Assembly (NCBI GenBank): GCA_964617955.1
Contig: CAZTXB010000015.1
Span: 290 to 64,289, forward strand
From: an uncultured Chitinophaga sp.
GTDB lineage: Bacteria > Bacteroidota > Bacteroidia > NS11-12g > UBA9320
Direction of reading: 5' to 3'
Length of the DNA: 64,000 bases
The notes under the pieces are model-generated. The model made no database searches. It saw only the letters and a list, made by a program, of their open reading frames with translations, and had not been told where the DNA came from. This document shows positions 37,732-48,410 of the stretch, piece by piece. A program made the translations under genes and the position numbers. How positions within the stretch are numbered: the stretch's first letter is position 1; every line of letters begins with the position of its first letter.

Positions 37732-39129
37732 TTATATTTTTACTTTAGAGTAGGATATTCTGAACTTTAACGCTTTGTAATTGGCTTGTCGGGTATTGTC
37801 AAGAATCAATCGCGATGGCGTAATAGGTCTGTCACTGGGAATAGTAACAAACAAACCCCTGTTAAGGTTTTCACCGCTAATCAAATAAGTATCGAGCACA
37901 TTCTGCAAATGTCGTGTAAATCGAATGGTGTAGCTACCGGTTAAACTGTTATAGCTCCCTCCATAGAGGGCATATCCTCCATAAACAGGATCGAGGTAAT
38001 CGAGCAGATCAATTATCAATTTATTTTGATTGGTATTCAGTTCGGGTTGAAATAAATTCAAGCGCACAGGGAGGCCGTAATGGCTGTTTACACTCCCATT
38101 GTAAGGAGTGAGAACCAGTGCAGCTTCGTTGATGATAATGCGTTCACCGCTGATATTTTTAACAAGATTCAGTAGGTGGGGAATTTCAATTTTGGTTTTG
38201 CATCCCCCCAGGGATTGAATATAGGACTTGTTGTAATGTTGCTTGGGCTTGCTCAACTGATTGGCAAGGTCGGCATTGGAATGTTTGACGCTGTAGGTAT
38301 TAAAATTTTCGCAAGAGGTGTTAAAAAAGAACTGCCTGTTGAGGGTGTCGTTGTAATAAACCACAATTTGAGAAGCCCCTGTAAAAAAGTCTGCAGCGAT
38401 AATACTGCCTTCTCCTGGTAATAAACCGGCTTCCTGAGGCAGGAAGGCAATCCCTTTTAAAAATTCCTTAAACTTTTCGACCGAGCCGTAAGCATCAGCC
38501 ATAGCCATAGATTCACCAAACGATTTATTAAGTTTAATGAGCAAGCCGGGTCCTTTTTTAGAAAGGGTTTTACCGGTTTTTAAGGATACGCTGTCGTTTA
38601 AATTATAAGTACCGGTCCAATTTCCTATTTCAGTACCTAAGGCTACTTTATAGTTTGAGTAATAAGATTTGGCATCTTCAATTTTCTCATTCACGGTATA
38701 GAGTTTGAGGCTTTGCTTTGACTTGGTGTTGCCGTACTGGTATGACTTGTCCCAGCGCATGTAGAGCAACACTGAATCAACTTTAGGCGAAACGCCAAAG
38801 TCTAATCCTGATTGGGTAATGGTTATTTCAGAGGCAATACCCGAAAGGCTTAGGCCGAATTCTGGGTCATGCATAGCCCCAAGCAAATTGGTGCTTAGGG
38901 AGTCTGTTTTTATTGAATCTTCTGCTACGGTATAAGCAAGAACCGTGAAGGTATCGCTTTCTGCAGAATAAAATTCTCCTTTATCCGGGCGCAGGTTTAA
39001 GCCTAAATCGGTTTCAGAGTTGCGACATGAATACGCAACCATGCAAATAACAACCGGAAAAAGGAAATGATAACAGTGCGACCTAAAAAGAAATCGGTGT
39101 TTAATTGCCGGCGGCCAGCACTGAATCAT
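37732..39129 (-). CDS. DUF4270-family lipoprotein
   Basis: Lipobox-like AYSC; LLG...DPEFG motif; usual neighbour of the glgA-like gene; start uncertain. Confidence 0.7.
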   Translation of the reverse strand: MIQCWPPAIKHRFLFRSHCYHFLFPVVICMVAYSCRNSETDLGLNLRPDKGEFYSAESDTFTVLAYTVAEDSIKTDSLSTNLLGAMHDPEFGLSLSGIASEITITQSGLDFGVSPKVDSVLLYMRWDKSYQYGNTKSKQSLKLYTVNEKIEDAKSYYSNYKVALGTEIGNWTGTYNLNDSVSLKTGKTLSKKGPGLLIKLNKSFGESMAMADAYGSVEKFKEFLKGIAFLPQEAGLLPGEGSIIAADFFTGASQIVVYYNDTLNRQFFFNTSCENFNTYSVKHSNADLANQLSKPKQHYNKSYIQSLGGCKTKIEIPHLLNLVKNISGERIIINEAALVLTPYNGSVNSHYGLPVRLNLFQPELNTNQNKLIIDLLDYLDPVYGGYALYGGSYNSLTGSYTIRFTRHLQNVLDTYLISGENLNRGLFVTIPSDRPITPSRLILDNTRQANYKALKFRISYSKVKI

Positions 39130-39922
39130 AAAAATTTAAATACTTACTGGCAAGTTCGTCTTCTTCATGCATTAAAACAGGCTTTCCGGGAGTTTCACTC
39201 AAATGTTTTTCAATATTAGGGTGAAGCGCTTCTCCGCACTTAACTACCGCGTCGGCATGCTTCATGGCACTGATATGTAAATTGGTAAGTTCACCAACCC
39301 CAAATGTCTCAAGTTCTGCATCAGAAATTGAATTAAGGCTTGCCTTTCTGGTAAAATCCTGACCAAGATCACCATGAATTTCATTGTTAAAAACCGAGTA
39401 AATAACCCTGGTATTTCTAAACACAGGCTCATCTTTGTAAATGGTTTTTAGATAAAGTGGAATTAAGCTTGTCATCCAACCTTTGCAGTGGATAATATCG
39501 GGATACCATCCCAATTTTTTAACGGTTTCAATAGCACCTTTGCAAAAGAAGATGGTTCTTTCATCATTGTCGGCAAAGTATTCATTGTTTTCGTCGGTGA
39601 ATACATGCTTGCGATGGAAATAATCCTCATTGTCTAAGAAATAAACTTGCATTTTGGTTCCTGGAATCGAGGCCACCTTAATAATTAAGGGGTTGTCATT
39701 GTCATCAATGGAAATATTCATTCCCGATAAGCGCACTACTTCATGTAATCTGTTTCTGCGCTCATTAATTACACCAAACCTTGGAACCATGATTCTAACT
39801 TCATTGTCATTCTCCTGAATTGCCTGAGGAACCATTCTGGCGATATCGGAAATGTTAGAAGTATTTAGAAACGGATTCATCTCGGAACACACAAACAAGA
39901 CTTTTTTACGAGTATTTTCCAT
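39101..39922 (-). CDS. Glycogen/starch synthase N-terminal-domain protein (Bacteroidota type)
   Basis: PRFGVINERRNRLHEVVRLSGMN and PDIIHC motifs. Confidence 0.85.
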   Translation of the reverse strand: MENTRKKVLFVCSEMNPFLNTSNISDIARMVPQAIQENDNEVRIMVPRFGVINERRNRLHEVVRLSGMNISIDDNDNPLIIKVASIPGTKMQVYFLDNEDYFHRKHVFTDENNEYFADNDERTIFFCKGAIETVKKLGWYPDIIHCKGWMTSLIPLYLKTIYKDEPVFRNTRVIYSVFNNEIHGDLGQDFTRKASLNSISDAELETFGVGELTNLHISAMKHADAVVKCGEALHPNIEKHLSETPGKPVLMHEEDELASKYLNFYDSVLAAGN

Positions 39923-40020
39923 ATTTAAATAATAAATTTAATAACGAGTTACAAAATTATAGCATATTTTCGACAACATTTCTAAAAAAACCACTTGTAT
40001 TTGTCCTATTTTTTTATATC

Positions 40021-40860
40021 ATGATTGTAATAAAATCCGTTGCTGATCTTGAAAAAACCTTACGTCCCTCTAGAAATATTTTAAAAATAGGATTTGTACC
40101 GACCATGGGTGCCTTGCATGAAGGCCATCTGTCATTGATTCGGCAAAGTAAATTGGAATGCGACTTGACGGTTTGCAGTATATTTATTAACCCAAAACAA
40201 TTTAATCAGGCCAGCGATTTAAATTTATATCCTAAGCCGGTCGAAAACGACATTTGCATGCTGGCCGAATCAGGAGCCGATGTACTCTTTTTACCTGACG
40301 TTTCCGAAATATATCCCGACACCTATGTAGAACCGAACATCACATTGGGGTATATAGAAACTGTGTTTGAAGGAAAACAGCGTCCAGGCCATTTTAAAGG
40401 AGTGGCTTTGGTGGTAAAAAGGCTATTTGATTGTGTGCAGCCAGATAGGGCGTATTTTGGTCAGAAAGACTACCAACAGACCTTAATCATCAAAAGCATT
40501 GTTAAAGCGTTTAATTTAGGCATTGGAATAAAGGTTTGCGACATCATCAGAGAGCCAAATGGTTTGGCCATGAGCTCGCGAAACATACGATTAAAGCCGG
40601 AGCACAGGGAAAAAGCAGGTTTTATCTTTGAATTGTTAAGCAACTTAGAAAACAGGGTTGTGGAATTAGGAATTGAGGCGGCCTTGAATTTTGTTAAAAT
40701 TGAAATCGGGAAAATACCAAACGCAGTTTTGGAATATTTAGAGATAGTTGATGAACATTCGCTTGAACCCATCGCAATTGAAAAGCGAAGAGGTGTAGCC
40801 TTAATAGCCGTAAACTATCATGGAGTAAGATTGTTGGACAATAAGCTTTTAAACTGGTAA
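40021..40860 (+). CDS. panC: Pantoate--beta-alanine ligase
   Basis: VPTMGALHEGH, RPGHFKGV, FGQKDYQQ and GLAMSSRN motifs. Confidence 0.97.
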   Translation: MIVIKSVADLEKTLRPSRNILKIGFVPTMGALHEGHLSLIRQSKLECDLTVCSIFINPKQFNQASDLNLYPKPVENDICMLAESGADVLFLPDVSEIYPDTYVEPNITLGYIETVFEGKQRPGHFKGVALVVKRLFDCVQPDRAYFGQKDYQQTLIIKSIVKAFNLGIGIKVCDIIREPNGLAMSSRNIRLKPEHREKAGFIFELLSNLENRVVELGIEAALNFVKIEIGKIPNAVLEYLEIVDEHSLEPIAIEKRRGVALIAVNYHGVRLLDNKLLNW

Positions 40861-40950
40861 AGCAAGGAGACTAGAGTTTGTGAGGTTAAAAGTTCTAGGA
40901 AATTTTGTCAAAGGACAGGAACTCCATACCCAAGCCATTCATTTAGCATT

Positions 40951-40991
40951 AATAAAAAAACCGATTTGAAAGACAAATCGGTTTTTTTATT
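40951..40991. terminator. Bidirectional intrinsic terminator between panC and the OmpA gene
   Basis: 18-bp arms AATAAAAAAACCGATTTG / CAAATCGGTTTTTTTATT with a 5-nt loop. Confidence 0.85.
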
Positions 40992-41008
40992 TTAATATTA
41001 TTTTAAAA

Positions 41009-42076
41009 CTATTTGCGAATATAAGCCTTAACCACGCAGCGGCGATTTTGGGCACGGCCTTCAGGAGTTTTGTTAGAGGCTATGGGTTGAGTTTCTCCGA
41101 AACCTTGAGCAGTTAAACGCGAAGGGTCCACATTTTTAGAGGTTAAATACTGCATAACCGCGTCGGCCCTTTGTTGAGAAAGCAGTAAGTTATCGTCAGG
41201 ATCACCCACATTGTCGGTATGGCCAGCAACCAAAGCATTCACAGTTGGGTACATGAGCATTAAATTAACCATGGAATCCAAGGCAGGATAGGATTCAGGA
41301 ACGATGATTGCCTTGGCGGTTTCAAATTGTATTTGCTTCGAAAACAAATCCAATTTGGTTTTAAGTTCTTCCGGAACATCATCCTCTCCAGCTGATGGTC
41401 TGTAGGCCGAGCCTCTGCCAATATTAATGGCAAACCCAACTCTTTGAGAAATGTAAGCATCCATTAATTTATTGCGGGTATGAACCCATGGATCGTATGG
41501 CAAACCATCAAGGTTGTCGTCATATACATAGTTATATAAAATTTGAGCCATCACGTCGATGTTATTGGTTACGGCAAACTTTACACCTCCCCCAACGCCC
41601 CATTGAACGGCAAAGCGACTAAAGCTTCTCTGCGGTCTGGCCGGGGTTGGAGAATTTCTGATGTGGGTTACATAATTCATAAGTCCCCAACTGGCTTGTA
41701 AGTAAGGCTTTACTCTAGATTGTTCACTTAAAAATTTATTGTTGGCGAATTTGTATCTCACTCCAGGCATCACGCTCCAAAGACTGGCTTTGAAACCTTC
41801 CTTCTCGAAAGATTCATCTATATGGCCAATATCTCCGGCATCCATACTCAAAAGTCCATCAAAGGATGGGGTTAAATAATACCCCAAAGACACGCCTGCT
41901 CCTTGATAAGTAGGCTTTGAAGCGAAAAAGTATCGGGTTCCTCGGTCTCCGCCATATTCATTTATGCCACCGTATGCCTCAATTCCCAATCGATGGGCGT
42001 AATTTTGCGCCATACTCTGGTTCGTGTAAACCAATAATGACAATGTGAAAATGGGTAGAAGTAACTTTTTATACAT
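41009..42076 (-). CDS. OmpA-family outer membrane protein
   Basis: Signal peptide from ATG 42076; beta-barrel region; GHTD, NLLLSQQRA and GRAQNRR motifs. Confidence 0.9.
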   Translation of the reverse strand: MYKKLLLPIFTLSLLVYTNQSMAQNYAHRLGIEAYGGINEYGGDRGTRYFFASKPTYQGAGVSLGYYLTPSFDGLLSMDAGDIGHIDESFEKEGFKASLWSVMPGVRYKFANNKFLSEQSRVKPYLQASWGLMNYVTHIRNSPTPARPQRSFSRFAVQWGVGGGVKFAVTNNIDVMAQILYNYVYDDNLDGLPYDPWVHTRNKLMDAYISQRVGFAINIGRGSAYRPSAGEDDVPEELKTKLDLFSKQIQFETAKAIIVPESYPALDSMVNLMLMYPTVNALVAGHTDNVGDPDDNLLLSQQRADAVMQYLTSKNVDPSRLTAQGFGETQPIASNKTPEGRAQNRRCVVKAYIRK

Positions 42077-42196
42077 AACTCTTATTTTGTCTATTTTGAA
42101 TAGCAATAATAGTTCTAATTTTAATAAAAAGAAATTTTTAAAGATTTTTTTTAAAATAGTAAGATAACAATTTATTTACCTGAATATGAGAGTAAT

Positions 42197-43279
42197 ATGA
42201 TAATTGAGTTTCAGAATTTAAAATATGATTTAAAAGAATTTTTGTTTCAAAAGATAGATTTGGCGCAAGATTATGTCATTATTGAGTCTGCTTTTGAATT
42301 TTTAACCAAATGGATTTCAGGGGGGAAAGTTTTTGAATTGAATACATCGGGTTCAAGCGGAAAAGAGAAAACGATTCGACTTGAAAGAAAGTGGTTGGAG
42401 GTAAGTGCTTTGCAAACCATTGAGAGGTTGAAACTCTGGGACGAAAAGGTAATCTGCTGTCTCTCAACTCAGAAAATCGGGGGTTTAATGATGCTGGTCC
42501 GATCATTGGCAGGCGGTTTTGATCTCCGAATCCAAATTCCATCCGCCGATCCCATGCAAGAATTAAAAGAGGATCACCCCTATACCTTTATTTCTCTGGT
42601 TCCTTATCAACTTCAAAATGTTTTGGAAAACAGGAATAGTCTGAGGAAGTTGAGCCGTTTTAGAACTTTACTCGTAGGTGGTTCTGCTCTGTCAGGCACG
42701 ATATTAAGTGAAGTACAAAAACTCAAGCCTGATGTGTACCATACTTATGGAATGACGGAAACCTGCAGCCATATAGCACTCAAGCGATTAAACAAGGAAC
42801 CTTGGCCCTATTTTAAGCTCAATCCCTATATTCAAACGCGAACCAATGAGGAAGGCTTGCTTTCAGTGAGTGGATTTCAAACCGGGGGACGCTGGATTGA
42901 CACCCATGACATTGTAAAAATGTATTCCGACACGGAGTTTGAATTTATAGGCAGAGCGGATCAGGTGGTTAATACCGGATCATATAAAGTATTTCCAGAA
43001 TCTCTCGAAAATGAGATTAACAATGTATTTGTCAGCAACACATGGAAAAGCGAGGTGGCCATTTCATCGGTACCCGACCCTAAATGGGGAGAAGCTCTGG
43101 TGTTGATTGTACAGCCCTCTTTAGCTGAATCGGATGAAAATATTTTAAATGAATTAAAAAATAAGTTGAAATTTTACGAAGTACCAAAGCGCATTCTTCG
43201 CCTGCCAGAAATACCAAAATTAGCGTCGGGAAAAACCGATAGGGTGGGGCTACGAAATGCTGTGTTTGGCATTGGATGA
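42197..43279 (+). CDS. menE: O-succinylbenzoate--CoA ligase-like AMP-binding enzyme
   Basis: TSGSSG loop, YGMTET, GRAD and SGK motifs; short Bacteroidota form. Confidence 0.75.
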   Translation: MIIEFQNLKYDLKEFLFQKIDLAQDYVIIESAFEFLTKWISGGKVFELNTSGSSGKEKTIRLERKWLEVSALQTIERLKLWDEKVICCLSTQKIGGLMMLVRSLAGGFDLRIQIPSADPMQELKEDHPYTFISLVPYQLQNVLENRNSLRKLSRFRTLLVGGSALSGTILSEVQKLKPDVYHTYGMTETCSHIALKRLNKEPWPYFKLNPYIQTRTNEEGLLSVSGFQTGGRWIDTHDIVKMYSDTEFEFIGRADQVVNTGSYKVFPESLENEINNVFVSNTWKSEVAISSVPDPKWGEALVLIVQPSLAESDENILNELKNKLKFYEVPKRILRLPEIPKLASGKTDRVGLRNAVFGIG

Positions 43280-44230
43280 GATATTCTCAATGGTCCAATT
43301 TAATTTTTCAGTGAATTCGCTTTTCCGAACCTTACAATCTTCTACAGAACAAATGGGGCATGAAAAATACACGCAGGCATCGGTATGTACGAACAGTTCA
43401 AGGCTTTGCCCGAAATTATTCTTCACAAGTGTTTCAAGTGACTCCACCTGCTTATGTGCTTCTACGACATTAAAATACCAGGGTACCGTAAGATGACAAT
43501 CCAGGTGAAGCACACTTCCGTATTTAATGATTCTGAGATTGTGTAGATCAATCCACTGGGTTTGTCTTTTTTGATTGAGTAAGCCTACTAAATTGCCCAA
43601 AAGAGCGATGTCAGCTTCGTCCATAATTCCGGCAATGGATTGTCTGAGAAGTTTATAGCCTGTGAAGAGAATAATACAGGAAAAGAGGATGGCCACTGCT
43701 GAATCTATCCAAGGGAATTTTAACCAATACATTAAGCCCAGACCCAGCACAATACCGGCGGTGGTGTATACATCCGAAAGCAGGTGGCGTCCGCTGGCCT
43801 GTAAAGCCAGGGAATTGTTTTTTTTACCGGTTCGAATAGCATAGCGGCCTAAAAAAAAATTAAAGGCCGCAGAAACCGACAGAAAGCCAATTCCTTGCGG
43901 TAAGTTTAAGATTGAATGTGGACTTTGAAGTTTATCGACAGAGTGATAAATGATGGCAAGTCCGGCCAAAAAAATCAAAGTTCCCTCTATGGCAGCCGAA
44001 ACAAATTCAATTTTGCCATGCCCATAGGGATGGTTTCTGTCCTTTGGTAAAGAAGACAAGTAAAGGCTGTACAAACCAAAAAATCCGGCAGCAATATTGA
44101 TTAAACTTTCCAAGGCATCGGTGAGGATGGCTACGGAGTTTGTAATATACCAGGCCCATATTTTAATGGCAAACAAGGCAATGGCTATGACAACCACCAA
44201 TTTTTGAGTGTTAATATTTTGCCTGTACAT
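43250..44230 (-). CDS. Cation diffusion facilitator transporter
   Basis: SVAILTDALES, HPYGHGKIE and HLLSDV motifs. Confidence 0.92.
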   Translation of the reverse strand: MYRQNINTQKLVVVIAIALFAIKIWAWYITNSVAILTDALESLINIAAGFFGLYSLYLSSLPKDRNHPYGHGKIEFVSAAIEGTLIFLAGLAIIYHSVDKLQSPHSILNLPQGIGFLSVSAAFNFFLGRYAIRTGKKNNSLALQASGRHLLSDVYTTAGIVLGLGLMYWLKFPWIDSAVAILFSCIILFTGYKLLRQSIAGIMDEADIALLGNLVGLLNQKRQTQWIDLHNLRIIKYGSVLHLDCHLTVPWYFNVVEAHKQVESLETLVKNNFGQSLELFVHTDACVYFSCPICSVEDCKVRKSEFTEKLNWTIENISSNAKHSIS

Positions 44231-44258
44231 TAAGGGTTTTTAAAGTTATGTGGGAATA

Positions 44259-44657
44259 CTAAGAACCTATCCTTAATTTAATTGGATTCCAATAATATTC
44301 GACCCAACCTTTTTTAAGGTCTTCGACTTTATGTTCGGGTATTTCGGTTTGCAAAAAATGGAGTAGGCAGCCTTCAGGGACCTCCTCAAAGGTGAAGGTA
44401 CATATAGAGTAATGGTCATCAGGCCAACCCTCCTCTGCAAAGTTCCAGGATTGCACTATTTTTTTTCCTCTTTCGAGCTCAAGATTCACACCAGAACAAT
44501 ACCCATCGAAAACCGAGAAAGCTTCTCCCGTCTTATCGAGCATGCTTACTTCAGAATTGGTAAAGGCCGAGTGTTTTTCAGCATCCATAAAAAAATCATA
44601 AAGAGCCGAAGCGCTGGTATTAAAAAGTACCGATTGTTCAATGGATCCGGTTTTCAA
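44259..44657 (-). CDS. SRPBCC/AHSA1-domain protein
   Basis: KIVQSW and GWVEYYW motifs. Confidence 0.8.
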   Translation of the reverse strand: MKTGSIEQSVLFNTSASALYDFFMDAEKHSAFTNSEVSMLDKTGEAFSVFDGYCSGVNLELERGKKIVQSWNFAEEGWPDDHYSICTFTFEEVPEGCLLHFLQTEIPEHKVEDLKKGWVEYYWNPIKLRIGS

Positions 44658-47155
44658 TTTTTAATGATTTTAAAGTACTTGCTTTTGCCGTTGTATATAT
44701 AGGTGCTTAGGAAATATATACCACTTGAAAATTGTGACAGGTTTATTTCTCTTGCCGCTCCGCTGAGAATGGGTTTACCCAAGGCATCGAACAATTCATA
44801 GTTGGCAATTTCGTCTGAAAGATACAAAACATCCCGGGTTGGATTTGGAAATACGAATTGGCCGGATGGATCTATAGTTAGGGTACTTGCCGGGTGAAAA
44901 GGATTGACAATGAGGCTGAGAGATGATGTTCGGCATTTGTTAATGGCCTTGAGATTAGCGTTATAGGCTTTGCCAATCGGGTAGGTGTGAACCGGGTTCG
45001 TTAAACTACTGCTGTCGCCATCTCCGAAATACCATTTATAAGCACTTGCGAACTGACTCGCATTGGTAAAACTAACGGTCCTCCCGTTTTCAACCTTGGT
45101 AAAAGCGGCGATGGGATTGTTGAGTACAACCGATTGTCCGGCAACAGAGTCGCTTGAGCCACAAAAATTTACTGCTTTTACAGAGAATGGGTAAGGGCCA
45201 CCAGCCTTTTTCCAGAGGAGGGTCAAACTGTTTTTGTTGCTAAAAGTGGCGGAGGCTTCAGTCGGCAGTTTCCATACCAGGCTTCCGTCTCCCCTAAGCG
45301 TATCAACGGTCCAAACGGCAGCTCCTAAACAGGCAGTATCGTCATAGGTGAGATTTACAGGCGCACTCGGTTTGTCGGGCATCACCTGTACAAGGTTTTT
45401 AGCCAGAGTGGTATCTTGTCCAAAATCATTGCTTATAATGAGTGAAACATCAACCCAACCCGATTGGCTGTAGGTCACGGTATGTGGTCCTTTGCTAGTG
45501 GCTGTGGAAGGACTGGCACCGGTCCCGAAACTCCATGTATAGCTTTTAATTAAACCCGAGCTTGTATCGGTATAAACCACCTGATTGCCGGGGCAAATTT
45601 TAACTTTGCTTGTGCTAAATCCCGATTGAGGTTTGGTATAACCGCAAAGCGACTGGGTTAAGGCCTTCATTTCAGTCCCCGAGCAGTTATTTTTAACGAT
45701 GCTTTTATTTTTCACATAAAGTCCGCCCGACAAGTCGTTGCTGCTTAAGGATGATTTCTTTTGGCCGGCGCCAATGGAATAGTGCATCATCTCATTGCTT
45801 GAAATGACGTGCCCAAGTTGATGTCCGTGTCCCAGTTCATGGGCCAAAACCGATTGAAAATCGTATTGAGAAACGCTTGGGTTTCCGCTGCCGTAATACC
45901 AATTTCGAGAACTGTCAGCCTCAATATCCATTTCGTTTACAAACCATTCCATGTTTGAGCCACTCACATAGCAGCCCTGCCAAAAACTGTAACAAACCGC
46001 GAGTTTATTATCGGTAAACTTTGTCAACTTCACAATATTTACACCATCACCATTCACCACCTTGATGCTGGTGTCTCTGCCAATTTCCCAATTCACCAAA
46101 GTTCCACATCGCCAGGTTTCCATGGCTTTTAAAAAGGCGTTAACCATGTTGGTATTGGCTTTAAAGCGGGTATTAAATTGCAGCGTGTAACCCCCTTTGC
46201 CGTTATCACTAATGAGATCGGTGGTATAGTAGGCCGAATCTGTGGCGCTGGTTTTAAAGCCGACATTTAAATGAGAAAAATGGATGTTAAATGAACTTGA
46301 TGAAGTAGTTGACGTGCTGTCGTTGGTTGCAATTTTAACCGTTCCGGTGCCTGCTCTTGTGGGAATCCTTACCGAAACCATGGTATCCGACCATAAAGTG
46401 TAGTCTTTGGGATAAGGCGTTTTAACCCGACGTCCGTCTCCAAAATTGGCGTCCAAAAACTCAACCCTCCCATTTCCACGCACGGCCCCAAAGTTACTCC
46501 CTTTAATAGTAAGGATATAGCCTGTTCCGGCCGAGGTGGCCGAAGCGCCAACGAAACTATTGATAACCGGACCGGCTGTAGGTTTTAATTTTGAAGGTGA
46601 ATGAAAACCTGTTTTCTTAATTTCTAAAAATTTATTGCCGGTTAAGGCTTCCATTTTAGTGTAAAATACATTGCTAATACCAATGAGGTATTCCCCTAAA
46701 TCATAAACCTTGTCCTCCCCATAATCGTAACTTAAAAATGACAAGGTGCTGGCGGTTCCCTGAAATTTCTGGATGCCGTTATTTTGAAGGCTTTCAGGCA
46801 GATTGACGCGGTTATCATTGAGCAGAAAAAGTCCAACATCGCCTGTTTGTAGCTCAAGTTCGGGATTGGCTTGATGTTTTTCCAGGCCTATCTGGCCACC
46901 AAAAGTTATGATTTCTACCTTATAAGGATTGTAGGTTTTACCCTTAAACAGCTTGTATACCTCAATTACAGAGGCGGTGTAAATGGTATTTCGTCCGCTT
47001 TCACGAAAGGCGTATTGGTCGATTACCTTGCCTTCCACAATAAGAGAAGCCAGTTGTGTGCGTTTTTCAAGAGACCAATTTTCGACGGCGCATTGACCGT
47101 AACTCAGCCTTGAAAACAGAACAATACATAGAATAGTCAGTAAATTTTTAAACAT
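44654..47155 (-). CDS. T9SS-secreted metzincin-like protease with IPT/TIG and PKD domains
   Basis: Signal peptide from ATG 47155; HELGHGHQLGH followed by a Met-turn; PKD motifs WSFG/WYFGDG; CTD FPNPT...SGIYF. Confidence 0.8.
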   Translation of the reverse strand: MFKNLLTILCIVLFSRLSYGQCAVENWSLEKRTQLASLIVEGKVIDQYAFRESGRNTIYTASVIEVYKLFKGKTYNPYKVEIITFGGQIGLEKHQANPELELQTGDVGLFLLNDNRVNLPESLQNNGIQKFQGTASTLSFLSYDYGEDKVYDLGEYLIGISNVFYTKMEALTGNKFLEIKKTGFHSPSKLKPTAGPVINSFVGASATSAGTGYILTIKGSNFGAVRGNGRVEFLDANFGDGRRVKTPYPKDYTLWSDTMVSVRIPTRAGTGTVKIATNDSTSTTSSSSFNIHFSHLNVGFKTSATDSAYYTTDLISDNGKGGYTLQFNTRFKANTNMVNAFLKAMETWRCGTLVNWEIGRDTSIKVVNGDGVNIVKLTKFTDNKLAVCYSFWQGCYVSGSNMEWFVNEMDIEADSSRNWYYGSGNPSVSQYDFQSVLAHELGHGHQLGHVISSNEMMHYSIGAGQKKSSLSSNDLSGGLYVKNKSIVKNNCSGTEMKALTQSLCGYTKPQSGFSTSKVKICPGNQVVYTDTSSGLIKSYTWSFGTGASPSTATSKGPHTVTYSQSGWVDVSLIISNDFGQDTTLAKNLVQVMPDKPSAPVNLTYDDTACLGAAVWTVDTLRGDGSLVWKLPTEASATFSNKNSLTLLWKKAGGPYPFSVKAVNFCGSSDSVAGQSVVLNNPIAAFTKVENGRTVSFTNASQFASAYKWYFGDGDSSSLTNPVHTYPIGKAYNANLKAINKCRTSSLSLIVNPFHPASTLTIDPSGQFVFPNPTRDVLYLSDEIANYELFDALGKPILSGAAREINLSQFSSGIYFLSTYIYNGKSKYFKIIKN

Positions 47156-47218
47156 GAATAAAGAAGATATATTGGTCAAATTACGACAAATATTCAAACA
47201 TAAACAACCTGCAAAAGC

Positions 47219-48262
47219 TTAGGGCGTGTTCCCTTTGATTTCAGACGAGCCTCTCACCTTTGGAGCCACCAATTCTCCTATCAATTGAATAGCCTCTAAG
47301 TGTTTTTTCTGGCTAAGATGGGCGGTATCCATTTGGAAAGTAAGCCTGTCAATGCCACCCAGGGCCTTGCTGTGCCTTATTATTTTATCAGCTACTTCCT
47401 CTGGTCCGCCAACAATGAGAGCACCGGCTTCGTCAATCTGGCTTTCGAAATGCGCCTTGGTCACAGGTGGCCATCCTCTTTCCTTTCCAATTTTTGTAAA
47501 CGTTTCGGCATAGCCGGGATAAAAATCATCGACCGCCTGATTCAAGGAGTTTGCAACATAGCCGATAGAGTGCAAGCCTACCTTGAGTTTTTCAGGAGCG
47601 TGACCAGCCTTGCGCCCTGCCTCCCTGTAGAGGTCAACCAAGGGCCTGAATCTATGGGTTTGACCGCCAATAACAGCCACCATGAGGGGTAGGCCAAGTG
47701 TGCCTGCTCTTACAAATGAAAGTGGGGTACCTCCAACTCCCAACCAAATCGGTATAGGGTTTTGCAAAGGACGAGGATAGATAGCCTGATGGTACAAGGG
47801 AGGTCGAAATTGACCTGACCAGCTAACAAATTCGTGATCTCTGATGGTTAAAAGCAGTTGAAGTTTTTCGGCAAATAATTCGTCATAATTTTGAAAATCC
47901 AAACCAAACAGCGGAAAGGCTTCTGTAAAAGAGCCTCGACCTACCACCATTTCTGCCCTTCCATTGGAGATGAGGTCGAGGGTTGCGAAATTTTGAAAAA
48001 CTCTCACGGGATCCGCTGCACTGAGTACAGTTACTGCACTGGTTAATCGGATATTTTGAGTTTTTGAAGCGGCAGCAGATAAAATCACAACCGGTGCCGA
48101 ATCAAGAAACTCCTTGCGGTGGTGCTCACCTACACCAAAAACATCCAGTCCTGATTTATCGGCCGTTTCGATGCGTTCAAGCAATGATTTTAGTGCAAGC
48201 TGTGGAGAGCTCTGCTCTTCAGAAGTGTTGATGGCAGCAAAGCTGTCGATCCCAATTTCCAT
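47219..48262 (-). CDS. LLM-class flavin-dependent oxidoreductase
   Basis: MEIGIDSF start, GEHHR, TSAVTVLS and GRGSF motifs. Confidence 0.9.
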   Translation of the reverse strand: MEIGIDSFAAINTSEEQSSPQLALKSLLERIETADKSGLDVFGVGEHHRKEFLDSAPVVILSAAASKTQNIRLTSAVTVLSAADPVRVFQNFATLDLISNGRAEMVVGRGSFTEAFPLFGLDFQNYDELFAEKLQLLLTIRDHEFVSWSGQFRPPLYHQAIYPRPLQNPIPIWLGVGGTPLSFVRAGTLGLPLMVAVIGGQTHRFRPLVDLYREAGRKAGHAPEKLKVGLHSIGYVANSLNQAVDDFYPGYAETFTKIGKERGWPPVTKAHFESQIDEAGALIVGGPEEVADKIIRHSKALGGIDRLTFQMDTAHLSQKKHLEAIQLIGELVAPKVRGSSEIKGNTP

Positions 48263-48410
48263 GTTGTTTTGATTTGTGGTTACAGTACAAACCACCAAAC
48301 TTGTCAGAAGGTTTTAGGCCTAGTCCAAAACTGTAATTATTCTGTTTAAAAAAAACCAATTCAGCACCGATTGTGTTATGATTGTAATAAAATTTATTGA
48401 CTTCAAATAA